The notes beneath the pieces were generated by a model, which saw nothing but the letters and a program-made list of their open reading frames with translations, was not told the origin of the DNA and ran no database searches. A stretch of 64,000 bases of DNA from a virus. Location: UHGV virus genome UHGV-0289908; one strand, written 5' to 3'. Below are positions 26,720-36,611 of the stretch, piece after piece (the first letter of the stretch is position 1; each line of letters begins with the position of its first letter). The position numbers were made by a program, and so were the translations under genes.

Positions 26720-27283
26720 ATGAGCACTGAGCTAATGAATGAGTATCGAAACAGTCATAAGACTGTAATTACACTGAATGCGGAAACACTTGAATTGTAT
26801 GACAAATATCATGCAAAGCAACATCCATTCAGAAAGAATCAAAGCCTATCATGGCTAGGGAAGACACGAACTGGAGTGTTACCGATGTTAAACAACTTCC
26901 TTAATGTTCGCACTGCAATTCAACGCAGTCAACGTAAGGCAGATGTTGGTGATTATGTTAAATACACACTACAGTCACAGGGTGTTAAACAAACAATGAT
27001 TGAACATTGTATGGTAGTTGTCAAACACTATAATCCAACTAAACGAGAGTTCGACTTAGATGGTGTGAGCGTAAAAAGTTGTTTTGATGCAATGACTGCT
27101 CACGGATTTTGGGTGGATGACAATTACAAAGTAGTAAAACCACTAATCTTCACTGGAGGTTACGACAAAACCAATCCACGAAGTGAGATATGTGTTTACG
27201 AGATTACTGACGAATATCCATACGAATTTGTATTGCAAGTGGTTATGGATGAGTTACAGCAAGAAAGCGACAAAACTTGCTAA
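26720..27283 (+). CDS. Hypothetical protein
   Basis: ORF, 187 aa. Confidence 0.45.
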   Translation: MSTELMNEYRNSHKTVITLNAETLELYDKYHAKQHPFRKNQSLSWLGKTRTGVLPMLNNFLNVRTAIQRSQRKADVGDYVKYTLQSQGVKQTMIEHCMVVVKHYNPTKREFDLDGVSVKSCFDAMTAHGFWVDDNYKVVKPLIFTGGYDKTNPRSEICVYEITDEYPYEFVLQVVMDELQQESDKTC

Positions 27284-27328
27284 AATATTATAAAATATGT
27301 TGACAAAGTTCAACAAAAATGGTATAAT
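27281..27328 (+). promoter_or_regulatory. Promoter module (TTGACA 27300-27305, 17-bp spacer, TGgTATAAT). Overlaps the upstream stop codon.
   Basis: 31 bp identical to the module at 11720. Confidence 0.6.
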
Positions 27329-27400
27329 AAAGAAGGGCATTGATGATAACTCATGTAAGACCACAAATATTAAAATTCATATTAAGAGGAGACGATTTAC

Positions 27401-28474
27401 ATGACAACAGAATTACGACAAGCAATTAACAAAATTTCAGTAGCAGGTGCAGTTAAAGAAGCAGATTTCAAAGTGAACTCTGGAGCAAACGAAAATGGAG
27501 AATATACATACATTAGTGGTAAATTAGTAGTAAAAGCAGGGGAAACTCGTGAAATCACAGTTAAAGCTCGTGCTAACCAATTAACTAAAAAAGGTGAACC
27601 AAACCACATGTTCGAAACATTAAGCAAATTCATGGATGGAACTTACCCAACTATGGCAACACCAGATGTAACAGAAGAGTTAGCAACTAAAGTATCTATT
27701 TGGGGTAGCAAAGACTTCCAACCTCGTTTATCGGATAACATTTACTGCCAAGATGGACAATTACGTGAAAACATCTCATTCGAATTAGGATTCGGTAAGT
27801 TAACAATTAAGGACAACTTAACTCCAGACCAATACAAAGCTGAGTTTGAAGTTGAAATGTTCGTAAATGACGTTGTTCAAGAAATCAAAAATGATATGCC
27901 AACTGGTCGTACTGTAATTGAAGGATATGTGCCTGTATACGGTGGGTCAGCAATGCCAATCAAGATGATTGCAGAAGATATTGTGACAGAAGATGGAACA
28001 GTAATCCCATTCGCAGATGATGTATTAGGTGGAGTATATCCAGAACAAACATATGTATTCTGGGGAGATATCCGCTACGAATTCATTGAAACACAAATTT
28101 CAAAAGGTGGTACATTAGGAATTGCTAAGATTGAAACTAAGAAAGAATCAGTTCGTGAGTTTGTAACAACTGGAGGAGACATCGTAACTGACCCAGACAA
28201 AATGTACACTCGTGAGCAAATCCAAGCCGCTTTAGTTGAACGTGAAAACCGCAAACAGCAAGAAATTGAAAAAGACGAACAACGTTCTCAAACTAACTCT
28301 CGTGGAGTAGGATTAGGAGGAGGAACTAAACCAAGCCCAGTTGCACGTCCAACAGCACCTGCAATGACCAAGCCTGTTGCACCGACTGCTCCAGTTGCAG
28401 GACGACCTGTAGCTCCTGCAAAACCAACAATGCCAACTGCACCTAAACGTCCAGAAGGAGTGCCAGCGTTCTAA
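27401..28474 (+). CDS. Abundant-looking protein with a C-terminal Pro/Ala-rich repeat tail. Possibly a DNA-binding protein (for example SSB-like) given the replication context. Unassigned.
   Basis: C-terminus 'PVARPTAPAMTKPVAPTAPVAGRPVAPAKPTMPTAPKRP'. Strong RBS 'AAGAGGAGACGATTTACATG'. Confidence 0.4.
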   Translation: MTTELRQAINKISVAGAVKEADFKVNSGANENGEYTYISGKLVVKAGETREITVKARANQLTKKGEPNHMFETLSKFMDGTYPTMATPDVTEELATKVSIWGSKDFQPRLSDNIYCQDGQLRENISFELGFGKLTIKDNLTPDQYKAEFEVEMFVNDVVQEIKNDMPTGRTVIEGYVPVYGGSAMPIKMIAEDIVTEDGTVIPFADDVLGGVYPEQTYVFWGDIRYEFIETQISKGGTLGIAKIETKKESVREFVTTGGDIVTDPDKMYTREQIQAALVERENRKQQEIEKDEQRSQTNSRGVGLGGGTKPSPVARPTAPAMTKPVAPTAPVAGRPVAPAKPTMPTAPKRPEGVPAF

Positions 28475-28518
28475 TCTAAATCATACTTAGGGCAGTGCCA
28501 ATATACATAACATGGTGG

Positions 28519-28541
28519 AGAGAGATTTCTTCTCTCTCCCA
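28519..28541 (+). other. Perfect 9-bp polypurine/polypyrimidine hairpin GGAGAGAGA-tttct-TCTCTCTCC in the 5' UTR of the HNH gene
   Basis: Seen in sequence. Confidence 0.4.
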
Positions 28542-28557
28542 ATAATGGAGGACGACA

Positions 28558-29196
28558 ATGAGCAAAACAGGAAAGACCTGTTGTGTGTCAGAATGTGACA
28601 AAAAGCACTATGCAAACGGCTATTGTGAAAAACATTATTGGCAAGTCAGAAGACATGGAAAAGTGGTCTTATGTACACGTAGCAAATTTGACAATAATGA
28701 AATCATCTTAAATGGAGATGAAACAGCAACCATTATAACCTATGATAATCATGGGGTTGCCAATGGTAAAACAATAATTTCTGATTCCTGTGTAGAACAG
28801 GTCAGAGACAAAAAGATTGGGAAACATACTTCGAAAGATTATTATTACATCCTAATTGACGGCAACCGCTATGCACTTCACCGCTATCTAATGAATGCTC
28901 ACCTTTCTAGGCATAAAGTGGTGGTTGACCACATTAACCGAAACCCGAGTGATAACCGACTATCAAATTTAAGAATAACAAACCATTCTGGCAACAACTG
29001 TAACAGAGGTTTAATGTCAAATAATTCACTAGGTATTAAAAATATTGGATTAACCAAGTACGGAACATATCGAGTGCAGATTTCTTTGAAAGAGAAGAAG
29101 CACAGTAAAACATTTAAGACACTTGAAGAAGCAATTAAATGGAGAAATGAAACTTTGGTTGCTCTACAAGGAGATTTTGCAAACATACAAGATTAA
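28558..29196 (+). CDS. HNH homing endonuclease with an AP2-like domain (paralogue of 14931..15572)
   Basis: 'CCVSECDKKHYANGYCEKH' Zn knuckle, 'VVDHINRNPSDNRLSNLRITNHSGN', 'GTYRVQISLKEKKHSKTFKTLEEAIKWR'. Confidence 0.7.
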   Translation: MSKTGKTCCVSECDKKHYANGYCEKHYWQVRRHGKVVLCTRSKFDNNEIILNGDETATIITYDNHGVANGKTIISDSCVEQVRDKKIGKHTSKDYYYILIDGNRYALHRYLMNAHLSRHKVVVDHINRNPSDNRLSNLRITNHSGNNCNRGLMSNNSLGIKNIGLTKYGTYRVQISLKEKKHSKTFKTLEEAIKWRNETLVALQGDFANIQD

Positions 29197-29217
29197 ATAT
29201 TAAGGAGAGATATACTT

Positions 29218-30243
29218 ATGGCTATTAGTTCATTATTAGCAGGATTAGCAGAAACAACAATGAAAGGACGTGCAACAGTGTCTAAATTAGACCCTTCTAT
29301 CCGTGGTAAAATTGTGTTCACTTACGGAGGAAATAATCTTGGTAAGACTAAGAATGCAGTTAAGTTCCCCAACCCAGTTGTAATTCCTTTAGAAAAAGGT
29401 ATGAACGGGACACAAGGAGCATTAGTATTAAAAACTGCAACTTACACAGATGTTAAAATGCACGTGCGAACATTAACTACTAACCCACAATGGTTAAAAG
29501 CATTGGAACAAGAACCAATTACAATCGTAATCGACGGAGCTGAGAAGTTAGGACTTATGTGCCAACGTTGGTTATGTCAAAAGTATGACGTAGCTGATAT
29601 CTCAGAAGGTAAAGGTGGATATGGTTTATGGGGTTACTACGAGAAAGAAATCGCAGGATTAGTAATGGACTTAACTTCTCAAGGATACACTATCTTATTC
29701 ATCGGACACCGTCAAGTAGACCATAAGACAGGATTCATTACTCCTAAAGGAGATAAACGTAATATCGACCCAATCATTGACGTATGCGACGTTGTTGCTT
29801 ACTTAACACCAAACGGAGTAGACGAAAACAACCAAGTAATCCCTTCATCGGCTTGGTTAGCAGAAACAGACCAATTCTTCGCTCGCTCTCGTTTCGACTA
29901 CATGGACACATACCTAGAAACATTCTCGGCAGGGAACTTAATCGAAGCAATTCGTGAAGGTATTCAACGTGAGATTGACGCAACAAGCGGAGAGGTAACA
30001 GACTTCGCAGGACAACAAGAAATGTATCAATCTTCTATTCAAATGAACCATGAAGAAACAATCAGTGCTTTAGCAGGACAGTATGACCAGTTAGCAAACA
30101 TTGACCGCTTAGATGTGTGGGAAGATGTGGTAGCTCGTCACTTAGATGGTATCCCAGTATCAGAAGCCAAGCCATCTCAATTAGAGAACTTACATGCTAT
30201 TTACAACGATTTAGCTGAGTTCTTAGAAACAGCAGGTGCATAA
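29218..30243 (+). CDS. P-loop ATPase (RecA/Sak4-like or helicase-loader-like)
   Basis: Walker A 'GGNNLGKT'. 341 aa. Immediately upstream of the helicase/primase block. Confidence 0.4.
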   Translation: MAISSLLAGLAETTMKGRATVSKLDPSIRGKIVFTYGGNNLGKTKNAVKFPNPVVIPLEKGMNGTQGALVLKTATYTDVKMHVRTLTTNPQWLKALEQEPITIVIDGAEKLGLMCQRWLCQKYDVADISEGKGGYGLWGYYEKEIAGLVMDLTSQGYTILFIGHRQVDHKTGFITPKGDKRNIDPIIDVCDVVAYLTPNGVDENNQVIPSSAWLAETDQFFARSRFDYMDTYLETFSAGNLIEAIREGIQREIDATSGEVTDFAGQQEMYQSSIQMNHEETISALAGQYDQLANIDRLDVWEDVVARHLDGIPVSEAKPSQLENLHAIYNDLAEFLETAGA

Positions 30244-30300
30244 AATTCCCGAATAATTCGGACATAAATTTTCGTAAAAAGACGATAAAATCCGTATTTT

Positions 30301-30330
30301 ATAGCAATTAGAGGGGGAACTTCCCCCTCT
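30301..30330 (+). terminator. Rho-independent terminator AGAGGGGGAA-ct-TTCCCCCTCT followed by CTTTTTTT
   Basis: 10-bp GC-rich stem and a T-run. Confidence 0.8.
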
Positions 30331-30358
30331 CTTTTTTTAAAGAAAATGAGGTGAACAT

Positions 30359-30856
30359 ATGGCTCGGAAAGTTAAATGTCCAGTTTGTGACAAGATGAAC
30401 CCAAAAGACGAAACCGTCAAATTGGGGAATCGCTACTACTGCCCTGCATGTGCAGAGGAGCGAAATCACCAACAACTATCAGATTGGGACATACTGTTCC
30501 AATACATCTGTTGGCTGTATCGTATCCCCAACTTAACTGGGCAAATGTATAAACAGTTAAAGGATTATCGAGACAACTGGGAATATACAGACATTGGAAT
30601 GTATCACACCCTAAGATATTACCATGAGATTCTTGGGAAGCCTGTCAAAGATGACGCAGGATTGGGGATTATCCCATATTACTACGATAGAGCAAAGGCA
30701 TTTATATACAAACAGTATTCACTTAAACAACAGTATGACCAATATAACCAAGAAGAGAAAGAGGTTTATGTGCAACGCACTCAGCCAGAACGATGGAAGA
30801 AACGAGAACCGTTAAATTTTGACACAGTAGATTGGGGAGATACTAATGAAGATTAA
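30359..30856 (+). CDS. Zinc-ribbon protein (N-terminal CPVC...CPAC)
   Basis: 'CPVCDKMNPKDETVKLGNRYYCPACAEE'. Confidence 0.45.
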   Translation: MARKVKCPVCDKMNPKDETVKLGNRYYCPACAEERNHQQLSDWDILFQYICWLYRIPNLTGQMYKQLKDYRDNWEYTDIGMYHTLRYYHEILGKPVKDDAGLGIIPYYYDRAKAFIYKQYSLKQQYDQYNQEEKEVYVQRTQPERWKKREPLNFDTVDWGDTNED

Positions 30857-32879
30857 AAAGGAAACCATTGAGAAATACTATGACACCAGAGCTTGTTGCC
30901 AAGTCCTAGGATGTCTAATGCTTGAACCACAACGTCTAAGCTCACGAGAAATGCAGGTAGCAGAGTTTGACTTTGTCTCACCAATTCACAAGACATTGTT
31001 TATTTCTATCTACAACTTAGGTTTACAAGGTCTTAAGGCTATCAGCTTGGGAGATGTAGAAACATACTTGGCGAACAACAATCCAGTTGGACATAAGAAG
31101 ATGTTTGAAGAGTGGAACGGAGCTGAATGGATTACAAGTATCCTAGAAGACGCTAATGTACACAACTACGACTATTACTATTGGATTGTTCGTAAGTTCT
31201 CGTTCCTACGTATTAAAATGCAGAATGGTCAAGATGTATCAGCTCTATTAGATATGACTGAGCTAGACTGTGAAGCGTTACGTATTCAACGTGAGAACTT
31301 CGATTTGCTAACTATTGATGATATTATTCGATACTTCGATTCAGTCAACCTATCTGCTAAACGACCATTCGTAACACGAGCAGAAGAAGCTCGTCGTAAA
31401 GCAGGAGACAACGCATTTGAGTTATTAAAGCAATTAGCCTTAGCTCCTTCATTTGGATTTGCTACTGAGTCTGCATATCTAAACACTATCATGCGTGGAC
31501 TACGACGAGGAACATTCATGCTCGAAACCCGTGATTCTGGTTGCGGAAAAACGAGGGTGGCGATTAAACGCCTATTATTAACTTCTGCTCCTTATCTATG
31601 GGACTTTAAGAAGAGAGCATTTGTTCGCAACCCACACACTCCTGTGGCAAGTTTATACATAGGTACAGAGATGGATTTATACACTGAGTTAGAGCCAATG
31701 ATGTGGGCTTTCTTATCGGGTGTGGACGAAGATAAAATCCATGCAAATACTCTGACACCAGATGAGCGTCAACGTGTAGAACGAGCGATTAAGATTCTAC
31801 AAGACACTCCATTATACTTAGAAGATGAAGAGAACTATGACATCTCTTTCTTATCTCACACTATTGAACACTACAAGACAGAATACAATATCGGAGTAGT
31901 TGCTATTGACTACTTAGAGTTAACATCTGCATTAACAACTGAGTTCACTCATACAACACGTGGAATGGGTGTACGTGAAGACCAAGTGTTATTAAACTTA
32001 TCTACTAATGTTAAGAACATGGCTAAACGCTTTGACATTGCCATGATTGGATTTACTCAAACTACTGACTTAGCACGTGCAGAGGGGGTTCGTGACCAAC
32101 GTGCCGTAAAAGGTGCTCGTTCACTTCCTAATAAATGTGACTTAGGGATGACTTCGTTTGCTCCTACCAAACAAGAGATTGAGTTATTAGAGCCATTAAT
32201 TGAGAAGTGTGGATTGAACAATGGTCGTTGTGTTCCTAACATTGGATACAACATCTACAAGAATCGTGGCGGTAAATTCAAGAACATTAAGATTTGGGGA
32301 TATCAAGATTTAGGAACAATGGAATATGTAGATTTATTCTGTACAGATGAATCATATGCTCCTATCAATGTTGATAAAACATACTTAATGCCTAATATCG
32401 TAGCCTTAACAGAAGAAGAGTATGACGAGAAGTATGGTAGCTTAGAAGAACAAGAAGCTCCAGAAGGGTATTCATTAGACGCTGAAACAGGAGAACTTGT
32501 TGAGATTGTTGAAGATGAGGACATTGACGCACCGTTAACAGATGAAGACATTAGTGGTTTCCATAAAGAAGAGGAAGAAGATGAATTAACAGAAGAAGAA
32601 ATTGCCCTAAAAGAATACGAGGAGCAAGTAAAAGCCTACAATGACGCTATGATGGCTCAATATGAAGGCGATGAAAGCCATGTATTGCAATACGATGAAA
32701 ATGGATTGCTACAAGCTATTCCAGTTGAATTTGAACCACAAGAAGAAGTAGAAGAAGCAATAGAAGAGTTAGAAGACCCATTTGCTGAACTTCCTATAAT
32801 TGATGATACGGAGTTAGACTTCTTAAATGAAGAAGAACCTGCTCCAACTTTAGGTACAAGAAAACGTATTGGATTCTAG
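30846..32879 (+). CDS. dnaB: DnaB-like replicative DNA helicase with a long acidic C-terminal tail
   Basis: Walker A 'RDSGCGKTR'. RecA-like core. About 150-aa Glu/Asp-rich C-terminus. Confidence 0.55.
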   Translation: MKIKKETIEKYYDTRACCQVLGCLMLEPQRLSSREMQVAEFDFVSPIHKTLFISIYNLGLQGLKAISLGDVETYLANNNPVGHKKMFEEWNGAEWITSILEDANVHNYDYYYWIVRKFSFLRIKMQNGQDVSALLDMTELDCEALRIQRENFDLLTIDDIIRYFDSVNLSAKRPFVTRAEEARRKAGDNAFELLKQLALAPSFGFATESAYLNTIMRGLRRGTFMLETRDSGCGKTRVAIKRLLLTSAPYLWDFKKRAFVRNPHTPVASLYIGTEMDLYTELEPMMWAFLSGVDEDKIHANTLTPDERQRVERAIKILQDTPLYLEDEENYDISFLSHTIEHYKTEYNIGVVAIDYLELTSALTTEFTHTTRGMGVREDQVLLNLSTNVKNMAKRFDIAMIGFTQTTDLARAEGVRDQRAVKGARSLPNKCDLGMTSFAPTKQEIELLEPLIEKCGLNNGRCVPNIGYNIYKNRGGKFKNIKIWGYQDLGTMEYVDLFCTDESYAPINVDKTYLMPNIVALTEEEYDEKYGSLEEQEAPEGYSLDAETGELVEIVEDEDIDAPLTDEDISGFHKEEEEDELTEEEIALKEYEEQVKAYNDAMMAQYEGDESHVLQYDENGLLQAIPVEFEPQEEVEEAIEELEDPFAELPIIDDTELDFLNEEEPAPTLGTRKRIGF

Positions 32880-32888
32880 GAGGGGCAT

Positions 32889-33662
32889 ATGACAAATAGA
32901 AGTAAAAAACATGAATACATGAACCAGACCTTCACTACAAATGAGGGGTACAATATCAAGATTGTAGATTATGTTAATAGTCGCAATGTGACAGTTGAAT
33001 TTGACAATGGATATAGAACCAATGCTCAACTTGGCTCAATTTTAAAGGGGAGAGTCTCATTCCCCTTTCACCCCTCTGTATATGGGGTAGGTTGCTTGGG
33101 GGTTGGAGAGTATCTGGCAAGTCATAAAAGAAAACACACAAAGACCTACAAAGTATGGCATAGCATGATGGCACGCTGTTATAGCAACTCTTGCTTGGCG
33201 AGCAGGAGCACTTATATGGATTGCTCTGTATACGAGGGATGGCACAATTTCCAAAACTTTGCCAAATGGTATGAAGACAACTATTATGAGATAGAGGGGG
33301 AGCAAATGCACTTGGACAAGGATATTCTTGTAAAGGGCAATAAGGTTTATTCCCCCGACACCTGTGTATTTGTTCCAGAAACCATTAACGGACTGTTTGT
33401 CAAAAGCAATGCCATTAGAGGGGCATTGCCAATAGGTGTCAGCTATCATAAAAAAGACAGGATGTATTACTCTCGATGTAATAATCAGCTATTGGGGAAG
33501 ACTATCACCATTGGGACTTTTACCACCCCCGAGGGTGCGTTCGAAGCCTATAAAGAATACAAAGAGAAGTATATTAAAGAAGTGGCAGAGAAATATAGGG
33601 GCAATATTCCTTCTCATCTGTATGACGCACTAATCCAGTATGAAGTCGAAGTTACTGATTAA
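32889..33662 (+). CDS. Freestanding HNH-family homing endonuclease (paralogue of 2742..3479)
   Basis: 'YKVWHSMMARC...YEGWHNFQNF..W' conserved with the 2742 protein. Lies between the helicase and the primase. Confidence 0.5.
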   Translation: MTNRSKKHEYMNQTFTTNEGYNIKIVDYVNSRNVTVEFDNGYRTNAQLGSILKGRVSFPFHPSVYGVGCLGVGEYLASHKRKHTKTYKVWHSMMARCYSNSCLASRSTYMDCSVYEGWHNFQNFAKWYEDNYYEIEGEQMHLDKDILVKGNKVYSPDTCVFVPETINGLFVKSNAIRGALPIGVSYHKKDRMYYSRCNNQLLGKTITIGTFTTPEGAFEAYKEYKEKYIKEVAEKYRGNIPSHLYDALIQYEVEVTD

Positions 33663-33677
33663 GAGAGGAGGAAGGAC

Positions 33678-33827
33678 ATGGATAGAGATGAATTATTAGA
33701 GTTGTATTCAACGGAAGATGTGATTAACTTAATGATGGACTTAGGGTCAACTTACCCAACTCCAGACCATCAAGGGAACTTATACTTTAACACAGTCTGC
33801 CATGGCAGGAGACTCTAAGAAGTTGCT
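33678..33827 (+). CDS. Primase N-terminal fragment (in the 0 frame), ends '...YFNTVCHGRRL*'
   Basis: Hand-translated. Supplies the C/H part of a C-H...C-x2-C zinc-finger motif that continues in the +1 frame of the 33802 ORF. Confidence 0.35.
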
Positions 33828-34803
33828 ATATTATCCCGAATCACGATTAATGATGTGTTTCAGTTGCTGTGGCTCTCTGAGTCTTTTTGACGTAGTTAGT
33901 GGAGCATTAAATATGGACTTTGGAGAATCCTTCAAATATCTTGCCAAACGCAAAGGTGTTGCACTTGGCAAGAGAAAGTTGGGTCTCCAAACCCTAAAAA
34001 TTGAAAATGAAGATTTAGAATTCTTAAGTATACATTTATACAAACCTAAGAAACAAAGCATTGAACTTCCTGCTTTTTCAGAAACAATTCTTAATGTATT
34101 CATGCCTGTATATCCATTAGATTGGTATAAAGAGGGGATTGGAGAAGAAGCCGCTAAATTATTTGAAATCGGGTACTACCCGTCTCAGAATCGAGCAACT
34201 ATCCCTCATAGAGACATCAATGGTAATCTGGTTGGAATTCGAGCTAGAAGTTATAATGATTATGAAGTTAACAACGGAAGAAAGTACATGCCCATTACTG
34301 TGCAAGGATTAACGTATCGGTATCCTATGTCTCACAATTTATATGGGATATATCAGAATCAAGACAACATCAGAAGACATAAGCGAGCTATTATCTTTGA
34401 ATCAGAGAAGAGTTGTTTACTTTATGAAACATTGTACGGCAGAGACAAAAACATCACTGTTGCACTATGTAGCATGAACATGTCTTTGTATCAAAGAGAC
34501 CTCTTGCTTAACCTTGGGGTCAATGAGGTCATCTTTTGCCTTGATAAACAATACACCCTAGAATGCTTAGAGACCAAAAAAGGTAAGGAATATCTTGGCT
34601 TCGTGTCATATGTTAAAAAGCTCAAAAGATTATCGGCAATGTTTATGAATTACTGTCAAGTATCTGTCGTATTGTGTTGGGATGATAGAATCGGTTATAA
34701 AGATGCACCTATCGACAGAGGGATTGCCACTTTTGAAGAACTACTGAATGAGAAATACTTAATTAGTGATACGTCACAATTTGATGAACTAATTGACGAA
34801 TAA
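33802..34803 (+). CDS. dnaG: DnaG-like DNA primase (zinc-binding plus TOPRIM region); N-terminus apparently frameshifted
   Basis: 'MMCFSCCGSL' Zn-motif half. Downstream acidic TOPRIM-like 'IFESEKS...LDKQ'. Position between the helicase and RecJ. Confidence 0.55.
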   Translation: MAGDSKKLLYYPESRLMMCFSCCGSLSLFDVVSGALNMDFGESFKYLAKRKGVALGKRKLGLQTLKIENEDLEFLSIHLYKPKKQSIELPAFSETILNVFMPVYPLDWYKEGIGEEAAKLFEIGYYPSQNRATIPHRDINGNLVGIRARSYNDYEVNNGRKYMPITVQGLTYRYPMSHNLYGIYQNQDNIRRHKRAIIFESEKSCLLYETLYGRDKNITVALCSMNMSLYQRDLLLNLGVNEVIFCLDKQYTLECLETKKGKEYLGFVSYVKKLKRLSAMFMNYCQVSVVLCWDDRIGYKDAPIDRGIATFEELLNEKYLISDTSQFDELIDE

Positions 34804-34812
34804 CGGGAGGAT

Positions 34813-36600
34813 TTGAATATGAAGTATATTGTTAAGAATAAAGATTATAGTTATGTAGCAGACACGGAATTATTAGAGCTGTTATTACAACAGCGTGGGG
34901 TAGCAAATCCTCAAGGATTATTAAACTTAGACCCGTCATGTATTCATGATGGGATGTTATTTAACAACATGAAGTGGGGGCTTGAGTTGCTAGCATGGCA
35001 CATTAACAATGGTAGCCGTATCCACATTATTATTGACTCAGACGTTGATGGCTTTACCTCTGCCGCCTTTATGTTCCAATACTTAACCGACTTAGGAGTA
35101 GAAGCAACTTACTCTACACACGTTGGTAAGGAACACGGTATTACCGAGAAGGCTATTGCGGGCTTTGATTTTGATTTATTAATTGTGCCAGACGCAGGAA
35201 CTAATGATGTTGAAATGAGCAAATACTTAGCAGACCAAGGTAAGGATATTATTATCCTTGACCACCATAAATTTGAAGGAGAATACAACACTCATGCCTG
35301 TGTTATCAACTGCCACGACGGACACTATCCCAACAACACCTTATCGGGGGTAGGAGTGGTTTACAAATTCTGTCGTGAATTTGACAAGATGTATGGTTTT
35401 GATTTTGCAAATTATTATTTAGACTTGGTTGCAGTAGGTCTTGTTGCAGATAGTATGGACTTACGCAACTTTGAAACTCGATTCCTTGCATTAGAAGGAA
35501 TTAAGCTGATTGGACAATGTAATGAGTTCTTAAAAGAGATTGCCATTGAACAAGAGTTCAGCTTAGGAGACGAAATCACCTTACACGGTATCAGTTGGTA
35601 TATTGCCCCATTAATCAACGGTGCTATTCGTGGTGGGTCTCAAGAAGAGAAGATTCGTGTGTGGGAAGCTCTTGCGGGATTCCGAGCAGAAGTTGAGTAT
35701 AAGCCACGCAAGTCAGCCAAGAATCCTAATCCACAGATTGAGATTCAAACCTTACAGAAAGCAATGGTGCGAGTATGTAAGAGTATTAAAGGGAAGCAAG
35801 ACCGTGAAATCAAAAAATCTGTTGCCACCATGCTAGACCACATTGAAGCAGAGGGGTTAGCAGAAGAGAAAATCATTATGATGGACGTGACAGATGTACT
35901 GGCTCAGTCTCATACAGGACTTGTTGCCAACAAACTTGCTTCTCAATTCAAACGTCCAGTTATCTTGTTGCGAGACAAAAAGAATGATGATTCGTCGTAT
36001 GGTGGCTCTGGTCGTAACTATTCACGATTTGCCGTTGACAATCTACGATTATTCCTATTGGAAACTGGACAATTTGAATCGGTGTCGGGACATGATTCTG
36101 CATTTGGATTTTCACTGCCTAAAGCCAATGTAGAAACACTACGCACACAGGTCAATGAACAGTTAAAAGACGTGGTAATTGAAGACGTGTATCATGTTGA
36201 TTATGAAATTGCTGTGGGTCGCTTAAAAGAGAAACATGTGAAGCAGGTTGGACAATGGAAGAACATGTGGGCAAATACGCTACCAGAACCAACGTTTGCC
36301 ATCACAGATGTTTATATTTCATCTGAGGAAATCAAGCTCTTGGGTGAGAAGAAGAATATCATTAGGTTTGACATTGTTCGTGGAGACGAAAAGATTGCCT
36401 TCATCAAACGATTTGCGTCAGAATCGTTGTATAATGAAATCATTCACCGTTCTGCTCATGGGTTGTCAAGTGGGAATAAACGACTCAAACTGACAGTTAT
36501 TGGGAAGTTCTCCATTAATAAGTTTAATGGAAATGAATACCCACAAGTGGAAATCGTTGATGTACTGAGTGAGGTACAAGCTCGCAAAGTAATGTTCTAA
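34813..36600 (+). CDS. RecJ-like DHH-family single-strand exonuclease
   Basis: 'IHIIIDSDVDGFTSAA' (DxD motif I), 'VPDAG', 'IILDHHK' (DHH), DHHA1-like 'GGSGRN...GHDSAFGF'. Confidence 0.7.
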   Translation: MNMKYIVKNKDYSYVADTELLELLLQQRGVANPQGLLNLDPSCIHDGMLFNNMKWGLELLAWHINNGSRIHIIIDSDVDGFTSAAFMFQYLTDLGVEATYSTHVGKEHGITEKAIAGFDFDLLIVPDAGTNDVEMSKYLADQGKDIIILDHHKFEGEYNTHACVINCHDGHYPNNTLSGVGVVYKFCREFDKMYGFDFANYYLDLVAVGLVADSMDLRNFETRFLALEGIKLIGQCNEFLKEIAIEQEFSLGDEITLHGISWYIAPLINGAIRGGSQEEKIRVWEALAGFRAEVEYKPRKSAKNPNPQIEIQTLQKAMVRVCKSIKGKQDREIKKSVATMLDHIEAEGLAEEKIIMMDVTDVLAQSHTGLVANKLASQFKRPVILLRDKKNDDSSYGGSGRNYSRFAVDNLRLFLLETGQFESVSGHDSAFGFSLPKANVETLRTQVNEQLKDVVIEDVYHVDYEIAVGRLKEKHVKQVGQWKNMWANTLPEPTFAITDVYISSEEIKLLGEKKNIIRFDIVRGDEKIAFIKRFASESLYNEIIHRSAHGLSSGNKRLKLTVIGKFSINKFNGNEYPQVEIVDVLSEVQARKVMF

Positions 36601-36611
36601 AAATATTTCCG

